A stretch of DNA of 57,749 nucleotides from Scyliorhinus canicula (taxonomy: Eukaryota): the NCBI RefSeq assembly GCF_902713615.1, contig NW_024056015.1:130252-188000 (forward strand), read 5' to 3'. The first letter of the stretch is position 1. Each line of letters begins with the position of its first letter. Below the pieces are notes generated by a model. It worked only from the letters and a program-made list of their open reading frames with translations. It was not told where the DNA came from and made no database searches. The translations under genes were made by a program, and so were the position numbers. This document shows, piece after piece, positions 48,735-57,749 of the stretch.

Positions 48735-50790
48735 TATCGGGAAATGATTAACCCACTGTACCCACACTTTCCCAACAGAGGCGGAGGGCCTTTAGGTAAT
48801 CCACTGTACCCCACCTCCACAAAAAGAGAGTGGGAGGGCCTTTAGTTAATCCACTATACCACTTCCCCAAGAAAGAGATAGGTGGAGTCCCTTTTGTTCA
48901 TTCACTGTATCCCCACTTTCCCCACAGAAAGAGGCGGAGGGCCTTTAGTTAATCCACCGTACCCCCACTGTCCCAACAAAGAGAGTGAGAGGGCCTTTGG
49001 TTAATCCACTGCACCCCTACTTTCCCAAGAGAGAGAGGAGGAGGGGCTTTCCTTTACCTCTGTGTGCTCACTTCTTCAAAAGAGAGAGAGAGGAGGGGAA
49101 TTATTTAATCCACGGTACCCCCACTTCAACAACAGAGAGAGGCGGAGGGCCTTTAGTTAATTCACAATATCCCACTTCCAGAAAAAATGAGATTGGGAGG
49201 GGGATCAGTTAACCCACTGTACACCCACTTCCCCTGGAAAGAGATAGGCGGTGTGCCTTTAGTTAATGCACTGTACCCCCACTCTCCCCAGAGAGAGAGG
49301 CAGAGGGTCTTTAGTTAATACACTGTACCCCTACTCTCCCCACAGAGAGAGGCGGAGGGTCTTTAGTTAATGCACTGTACCCCCACTCTCCCCACAGAGA
49401 GAGGCGGAGGGTCTTTAGTTAATGCACTGTACCCCCACTCTCCCCACAGAAAGAGGAGGAGGGCCTTTAGTTAATCCACTGTACCCCACTCTCCCCAGAG
49501 AGAGAGGCGGAGGGTCTTTAGTTAATGCACTGTACCCCCACTCTCCCCACAGAAAGAGGAGGAGGGCCTTTAGTTAATCCACTGTACCCCACTTCCACAA
49601 CAAAGAGAGTGAGAGGGCCTTTGGTTAATCCACTGTACCCCTACTTTCCCAAGAGAGAGAGGAGGAGGGGCATTCCTTTATCCTCTGTGTGCTCACTTCC
49701 TCAAAAGAGAGAGAGGAGGGGAATTATTTAATCCACGGTACCCCCACTTCAACAACAGAGAGAGGCGGAGGGTAATTAGTTAATCCACTGTACCCCCACA
49801 TCCCCAACAGAGAGGGGGGGGGAGAGGCTTTAGTTAATCCACTCTGTCCACATTTACCCCAAAAAAGAGAGGGGAAGAGGTATTCGTAAATGCACTGCAC
49901 CCCAATTCCCTAACAAAGAGGAAGGGATATTAGTTAACCCACTGTAACCCCACTTCCACACCAATGCGTGGGGAGTGAAGTATTTAATACACTGTATCCC
50001 CAAATACACAGCATATAAAGGAGGGGAGTTTGTTAACACAGTGTACCACACTTCCCCAACAGAGAGAGGGGGAGGGGCATTAGTTAAATCACTGTACCCC
50101 CACATCCCGAACAGAGAGGGGAGGTGCATTAGTTAACCCACTGTACCACCACATCCCGAACAGAGAGGGGAAGGGGCATAAATTAATCCACGGTACCCCC
50201 ACTTCAACAACAGGGAGAGGGGGAGGGGCATTGGTTAATCCACTGCACCCCTACATCCCGAAGAGAGAGTGGAGTGGCATTAGTTAATCCACTGTACCCC
50301 CACATCCCGAACAGAGAAGGGGAGAAACATTAGTTAATCCACTGTACCCCCACATCCCCAGCAAAAAGAGGGGAGGGGCATTAGTTAATCTACTGTGCCC
50401 CCACATCCCGAACAGAAAGGGGTAGGGGCAGTTTAGCACAGGGCTAAGTCGCTGGCTATGAATGCAGACTAAGCAGGCCAGCAGCACGGTTCAATTCCCA
50501 TAACAACCTTCCCGAACAGGGGCCGGAATGTGGCGACTAGGGGCTTTTCACAGTAACTTCACTTGAAGCCTACTCGTGACAATATGCGATTTTCATTTCA
50601 TTTCATTAGTTAATCCACTGCACCCCCACTTCAACAACAGAGAGGGGAGGGGAAATATTTAATCCACTGTTCCCCCACTTCCGCAACAGAGTGGGAGGGG
50701 CATTAGATAATCCACTGTACACCCAAATCCCCAACAAAAAGAGAGAGGGGCAATATTAACCCATTTCACCTCCACGTTCCCGAGGAAAAG
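48735..50790 (+). repeat. ~50-60 bp minisatellite (tagttaatccactgtacccccacttccccaacagagagaggcggagggcct), interrupted by a SINE at ~50425-50606
   Basis: Roughly 30 or more imperfect units, beginning about 430 bp after the secretory poly-A signal. Confidence 0.9.
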
Positions 50791-51908
50791 AGGAGGAAGG
50801 TGATGAGTGAACTCTCTGTATCTCCACCTCCTCAGCAGGGGGAAACCCAAAAAGAATTTGTCAAGCTGACCAATGAGGGAGATTATTAACTCCAAAGAGA
50901 AAATGCTGGAAAAATCTCAGCAGATTCCAGCATCAGCAGCAACTTGCTTTTATCCAGAGATGATTAGCTCACTGTCCTCCCAATCCCCAAGCAGCGAGTT
51001 TGAGAGCGGACGAGTCTCTACTCTGAGCATTCAGTTACTGACATTACAAGTCGGTTTGTCGTTTACTGCCTGAAGATGTGAAAAGACCATCATGATAAAG
51101 ATGTTCTTTATTTATCTATTTATGCAACAGAATGTTACCTTTTTTTGCACTCTTGTTCCTCTTATCCGTATCTAAAACCGATTCGCCATAATCCAAATGC
51201 AGGCTGGTGATTGGATTCTCCCTGGATTTTCATTGTTCTCTCCTGAGGCACCTCCTTGCATTTTTGTATTCGGTCACCTGATGTCACCTTGCATCTCACA
51301 GAAAACACATTTGTTAGCAGAAAGTTCAACATATTCTACATCGCTATCAATAATACCACAACTGGCAAAGCTACAGGCAGCGGATACAAATACACAGACA
51401 CACAGTTAAACAGACTTAAACACGACACATACATACACCCCCTTTCCCACAAACATATATACATGCACACATGGACACAAACACACACACACACAGAAAC
51501 ACACACAAAACATACACCCAGGTACAACGAACCACACATATATTGACACAAGAACGCACACGAACGTGTACAGAAATGCACAAACATGCAGACAAACACA
51601 GAAAAGCACATGTTTATACTCACACAGACACATTGACACATACACACACAAATATACGTACACAATCAGGCACACAAGCATACACAAACATACACAAACA
51701 CCAACATGTCCAGACAGATACACAAAGATGCAAATGCAAACATATAAAACCAGACAAGTAGACTAACATCAGAATATGAAACACAAATGTAACCAATAAC
51801 ATATTCAATCGCACAATTTCACGATGACAGAAGTATAGAATTAAAGACAGAGACAATAATCCACAATACCACAATTAGGGGTACACGTAGACATATGTCA
51901 GCAGACTC

Positions 51909-53499
51909 TTTTTAAAAAAAATAATTTTTATTCAAATTTTCACAAAATATCAATAATAGAAAATACTAAAAACAGAAAGAACAACCCCCCCCCCCCCCCA
52001 TATACAAAAAAGAAGAAATTAATTAACGCCCGACATTAGCAAAAAACAAATATACACGTCCCTTCAGCCCAAAACAAAGGGACCCCCGCCCCCGGGTTGC
52101 TGCTGCTGCTGGTCTTTTTCCTACCGTTCTGCCAGGAAATCCAGGAATGGTTGCCACCTCCTGAAGGACCCCTGCACTGATCCCCTTAGGGCAGATTTCA
52201 CCATTTCCAATTTAATAAACCCCGCCATACCATTGATCCAGGCCTCCACGCTTGGGGGTCTCGCATCCTTCCACTGAAGAAGAATCCTCCGCCAGGCTAT
52301 TAGGGGCGCAAAGGCCAGAACACTGGCCTCTTTCACCTCCTGCACTCCCGGCTCCTCTGCAACCCCAAATATTTCGAGTCCCCAGCCTGGTTTGACCCTG
52401 GATCCTACCACTCTCGACACCGTCCCCGCTATGCCCTTCCAAAATTCCCCCAGTGCTGGGCATGCCCAGAACATATGGACATGGTTTGCTGGGCTCCCTG
52501 AGCACCTAATACACCTGTTCTCGCTCCCAAAGAACCGGCTCATCCTTATCCCGGTCATGTGAGCCCTATGCAGCACCTTAAACTGTATGAGGCTAAGCCT
52601 CGCACAAGAAGAAGAGGAGTTCCCCCTTCCTAGGGTGTCCGCCCACGTCCCCTCCTCAATCTCCTCACCCAGCTCCTCCTCCCATTTACCCTTCAGCTCC
52701 TCCACCGAGGCCTCGTCTACCTCCCGCATCACTTGTATGTTGCCGAGCTCCTCCCCTCTCCAATTCACACACCCGAGAGCACCCTGTCCTGGACACCACG
52801 CGGCGGCAACAGAGGGAACTCCGCCACCTGCCGCCTGACAAAAGCCCTTACCTACATGTACCGAAAGGTGTTCCCCGGGTGAGCCCGAACCTCCCTTTCA
52901 GCTCACCCAGGCTCGCAAACTTCCCGTCTACAAACAGGTCCCTCAACCTCCTAACACCTGCCCTGTGCCAGCTCAAGAACCCACCATCAATTCTCCCCGG
53001 GACAAACCGGTGGTTCCCCCGTATCGTGGCCCCATCGAGGCCCCCACCTCCCCCCTGTGCCGTCTCCATTGCCCCCAATTTTGAGGGTAGCCGCCACCAC
53101 TGAGCTCATGGTATACCTCGTTGGAGGGAGCAGCAGCGGCACCGTTACCTGCGCCTCCTGGCTCGTGTCCACACAGGACGCCATCTCCATCCTCCTCCAT
53201 GCTGACCCTTCCCCGTCCATTACCCACTTACGCACCATCACTGCGTTGGCAGCCCAATAATACCCACAGAGGTTGGGCAGCGCCAGCCCCCCACCCCCAC
53301 CCCCACCCCCATCTCTGCCCCGCTCAAAAACACCCTTCACACCCTCGGGGCCCCGTTCACCCACACAAACCCCGTAATGCTCCTGTTAACCCGCCTGAAA
53401 AAGGCCTTCGGGATAAGGATGGGGAGGCACTGGAACAGGAACAGAAATCTCGGGAGCACCGTCATCTTGACTGATTGCACCCTACCCGCCAGAGACAGC
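51909..53499 (-). mobile_element. 5'-truncated L1/Tx1-clade LINE with a perfect 19-bp TSD
   Basis: TSD gacatatgtcagcagactc at 51890-51908 and 53500-53518, a poly-A end at 51909, and an ORF2 C-terminus (LSLIQFKVLHRAH..CIRC..NHVHMFWAC). Confidence 0.92.
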
Positions 53500-53599
53500 G
53501 ACATATGTCAGCAGACTCGTACACATGTTAACACGAATATACATTAGTGCACATGGAGACATCAATACACAAGTAATACATAGTTTTAAATAACCATCA

Positions 53600-54480
53600 T
53601 TTAGCACAGGGCTAAATCGCTGGCTTTGAAAGCAGACCAAGCAGGCTAGCAGCACGATTCGATTCCCGTAACAGCCTCCCCGAACAGGCGTCGGAATGTG
53701 GTGACTAGGGGCTTTTCACAGTAACTTCATTTGAAGCCTACTCGTGACAATAGCAATGTACATTTTTTTTCATCAACGCATACACAGCACTGCTGTCTCC
53801 CAGTGCCAAAGGCTGGGTTCAATTCCAGCCTTGGGTGACTGTCTGTGTGGAGTTTGCACGTTCTCCTGTGTCTGCATGGGTATCCTCCGGGTGATCCCGT
53901 TTCCTCCCACAGTCCAAAGGTGAGCAGCTTAGGTGGATTGGCCATGCTCCATTGCCCCTTAGTATCCAAAAGGTTAAGTGATGTTATGAGGTTATGAGGG
54001 TGGGGCGGGGGCATGTACCTTGATAGGGTGCTCTTTCAGAGGGTCGGTGCTGACTCGATGAGCTGATTGGCCTCGTTCAGCACTGTGGGGATTCTATGAT
54101 GATGATCATACATGCACAAAAGCGCTTATCCAGACGCAAACATTAAGACATTGACATGCATGTTGAACGCAAAAGGACACAATAACACATATTACAAGGC
54201 AGGAAAGTACAAACACATATTAACACAGGCATTAATATATAAACATAGACTTCAACACATAAGCATACTCAATAACAGACTCATATTAAGGCAGCATGGT
54301 GGCGCAGTGGATTAGTCCTGCTGCCTCATGGCGTCGAGATCACATGTCCGATCCCGGCTCTGGGTCATTGTCCGTGTGGAGTGTGCACATTCTACCCGTG
54401 TTTGCGTGGGTTTTGAGCCCACAACCCAAAATGTGCAGGCTAGGTGGATTGGACACGCTAAATTGCGTCTTAATTGGACA
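53600..54480 (+). mobile_element. Run of tRNA-derived SINEs
   Basis: Short SINE at ~53600-53760, and HE1-like copies at ~53765-54100 and ~54290-54480. Confidence 0.75.
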
Positions 54481-54539
54481 AAAATGAATGGTGTACACTA
54501 AGTTTATGAAAAAAATAAATAACACACTCATGTACACAT

Positions 54540-57500
54540 TTTTGAAAAAAATGTATTTATTCAGAGTTTTCAATAAGTTTATAAAACACTCCAAAAAGGA
54601 AAATAATACAAAGAAAGAAGGGCAACGTGCTAACAGAACAGAACAACGTAACCCGCTAAACGATAAACAGTTTAGCAAATTAACACAAAATTCAATACAG
54701 GATAGAGCATGCGCCCCTTACAAAAAGGAAAATAAATCGCCCCCCCCCCCCCCTTCCGGGTTGCTGTTTTCTTTTAAATTAAGGTTTTGCAAAATTTTCC
54801 ATATTAAATAGTAATAATCTTAACACAGCAACTTAGTGAACATTAACCTAGTGCATAAAGAGAGTATACATCAGCAATCCATTAGACGTTACCCGACGTG
54901 CCTCAATCCTCCCACCCCCTCGCATCGGGGCACTCACCCCCCCCCCCCCCCCCCCCCCCATGGGTCGCTGCTGCTGCTGAAGTGTTGATTTTCCCTGCAA
55001 AGTCAGTGGACGGTATTGTGCCCCTACTCAACAGCGGCAGCTCAGTACCCTTGGCAAAGTTATTTACACGCATATGTAGGCATCCGTTTGTGGTGTTGTC
55101 CCTTGCTTCTTCCGGATGGATTTCGCTGATGTTGTCGTCTTGTGCGCACTTCCGCTTCTGCGGCCCTCCCGTCTTCCCCATTTTCTCTGCTCCTGTGGAT
55201 GCCAAGTTTTTTAACGTTTCCCTGCCTCTCCCTCCCCTGGCTCTCCTCTATTGTTCCCTGTCTCTCCCCTCTGCCCTCCCCTCCCCCCCCCCCTCAAGCC
55301 CTGTGGTTTGCCTTTCCTTCCTCTTAGATTTAGCTGTCCCTCCCCCCCCCCCCCCCCTCTCCCGGTCTATCTCTCCCTCACATGCTTTGGCTACTTTCCC
55401 GTTTCTTGGCTACCTGGTTGCTCTTCTGTTTGTTTGTTGGCTCGAACAGGTCCCGGAACAATTGCATGAATGGCTCCCACGTTCTATGGAAGCCGTCGTC
55501 CGACCCTCGGATGGCGAATTTGATTTTCTCCATTTGGAGAGATTCCGAGAGGTCGGACAGCCAGTCTGCAGCTTTGGGTGGTGCTGCTGACCGCCAGCTG
55601 AACAGGATTCTACGGTGGGCAATCAGGGAGGCAAAGGCAAGGGCGTCCGCACTCCTCCCCAGGAATAGATCTGGCTGGTCTGAAACCCCGAAGACCGCCA
55701 CTTTCGGGCATGGCTCCACACTCACCCCCACCACTTTGGACATAGCCTCGAAGAAGGCTGTCCAGTACTCCACCAGTCTGGCGCAAGACCAGAACATGTG
55801 GGCGTGGTTGGCCGGGCCTCTTTGGCACCGTTCACATCTGTCCTCCGCCTCTGGGAAGAACCTACTCATACGGGTTCTTATTAAGTGGGCTCTATGTACC
55901 ACTTTTAGTTGCGTCAGGCTGAGCCTTGCGCACGTGGAGGTGGAGTTGACCCTATGCAGTCCATCACTCCAGAGTCCCCACCCTATTTCGATCCCCAGGT
56001 CCTCCTCCCACTTTCTTCTTGTTGCGTCCAGTACGGTGTCGGCCCCTTCTACCAGTTGGTCATACATGTCGCTACAGTTTCTTTTGTCTAGTATGCTTGC
56101 GTCTAGTAACTCTTCCAGTAGTGTCTGTCGTTGTGGTTGTGGGTACGTCCTTGTCTCCTTTCGTAGGAAGCTTTTTAATTGCAGGTAACTTAGCTCGTTC
56201 CCCCTGGCTAGCTGGAATTTCTCTGTCACTTCGCCCAGTGTCGCAATCCTCCCGTCCGTGTATAGGTTCCTGACTGTCAGTGTCCCCCTGTCCTGTCCCC
56301 ACCTTTTGAAGGTGGCGTCAGTCAGCGCTGGCGTGAACCTATGGTTGTTGCAGATGGGAGCTTTACCTGACATTTTGGTCAGGCCAAATTGCTGCCGTAG
56401 TTGGTTCCATGATTGGGGGGGTGGCTATTACCACCGAGCTGCTGGAGTGTTGTTTGGGTGGGGATGGGAGTGCTGCCGTGGCAAGGGCCCGGAGGGAGGT
56501 CCACATGCAGGAGGCCTCCTCCGCGTGCACCCACTCGGCTTCTAGCTCTTTGATCCATCCCCTTACACGCTCAGCCATCGCCGCCCAGCGGTAGAGTTGT
56601 AGGTTTGGGAGGGCAAGCCCCCCCTGGATTTTGTTTTTTGCAAGACCTTCTTTGGGATCCTAGCATTCCCCCCCCCCCCCCCACCCACCCACACAAACGC
56701 CATGATTAGTTTGTCTAGTGCTTTGAAAAAGGCCTTGGGGATGTAGATGGGGATGGATCTGAATAGGAAGAGGTACCTGGGCAGCACGTCCATTTTGATC
56801 GTCTGGACTCTCCCCGCGAGTCTACACGGACGGGAGGATCGCGACACTGGGCGAAGTGACAAAGAAATTCCAGCTAGCCAGGGGGAACGAGCTAAGGTAC
56901 CTGCAATTAAAAAGCTTCCTACGAAAGGAGGCAAGGACGTACCCACAACCACAACGACAGACACTACTGGAAGAGTTACTAGATGCATCTTTACAGGTCC
57001 TTTTTTACTTCCTCTGTCAGACTGGTAAGGTTCCATTTGTGGATCCCTTTCCAGTCATGGGCCATTTGGATCCCCAAGTAGCGGAATTTGTGTTGGGCTT
57101 GTGGGTGTACTGGGAAGATCTTGCTTTTGCTCATATTGAGTTTGTAGCCCGAGAAGGCACCAAACTCTTTCAGGAGCGCGATGATTCCGTCCATGCTGCT
57201 TTGTGGGCCCGAAATGTAGAGGAGTAGATCATCTGCATAGAGTGAGACTCTGTGCTCTCTACCTCCCCTTCGGATCCCCCTCCAGCTTTTTGCCGCTCTG
57301 AGCGCAATTGCTAGTGGCTCGATCGCTAGAGCGAACAGCAGCGGGGACAGTGGGCATCCTTGTCTGGTGCCCCTGTGCAGCTGGAAGTATAGGGAGTTGG
57401 TGTTGTTTGTCCATATGCTCGCCATGGGAGCGCTGTGTAGGAGTTTTACCCAGGAGGTGAAGCCCGAACCGCTCCAGTGCCTCTGTGAGGTATTTCAATT

Positions 57501-57749
57501 CGACCCTGTCGAAGGCCTTTTCTGCATCTAGAGAGACGATCACCTCTTGTGTTCTCTCCCAGGATGGGGTCATTATCACGTTCAGCAGGCGCCTAATGTT
57601 CAAAGTAAGCTGTCTACCTTTGACAAAGCCTGTCTGGTCTTCTGCTACCACCTCTGGCACGCAGTCTTCCAGCCTTTTGGCTAGGATCTTGGCCAGTATT
57701 TTGGCACCAACGTTCAGAAATGAGATTGGTCTGTATGACTCACATTCCG
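54540..57749 (-). mobile_element. L1/Tx1-clade LINE (ORF2 RT to 3' UTR), disrupted and continuing beyond the window
   Basis: RT motifs SLDAEKAFDRV, GTRQGCPLSPLLF and YADD, a C-terminal CCHC region and a G-rich 3' UTR. It carries frameshifting deletions and an inverted insert. Confidence 0.92.

Noticed and set aside
1292-54480. tRNA calls for SINE heads
   Set aside because: They have A/B boxes but no complete cloverleaf, and they continue into SINE core and tail sequence.

Overview
Vertebrate genomic DNA from a shark, not a prokaryote. HE1-type SINEs suggest a catshark-like carcharhiniform (inference). The left third holds at least six TCR alpha/delta-type V segments: four minus-strand pseudogenes or fragments, one intact plus-strand V with leader and RSS, and one plus-strand pseudogene with a near-perfect RSS. 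About 12 kb further on lies an apparently intact cartilaginous-fish IgM heavy-chain cluster: leader, VH, a single D, JH, Cmu1-Cmu4 and the secretory tail. No TM exons were found in the window. The main observations are: (i) an open IgM cluster lies directly downstream of, and co-oriented with, TCR V segments whose 22/23-RSS are 12/23-compatible with its D; (ii) the VH appears germline-prejoined to D1; (iii) a G-rich tract and a 14-copy AGCT-rich tandem array lie just 5' of Cmu1, resembling a switch region; (iv) a TCR V+RSS fragment sits inside an otherwise collinear CR1 LINE; (v) a tRNA-Arg/tRNA-Val pair lies between the TCR and Ig parts. The rest is SINEs, CR1/RTE/Rex1/L1 fragments, a solo LTR, minisatellites and CA/CT low-complexity tracts. 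Most ORFs in the supplied track are artefacts of these repeats.
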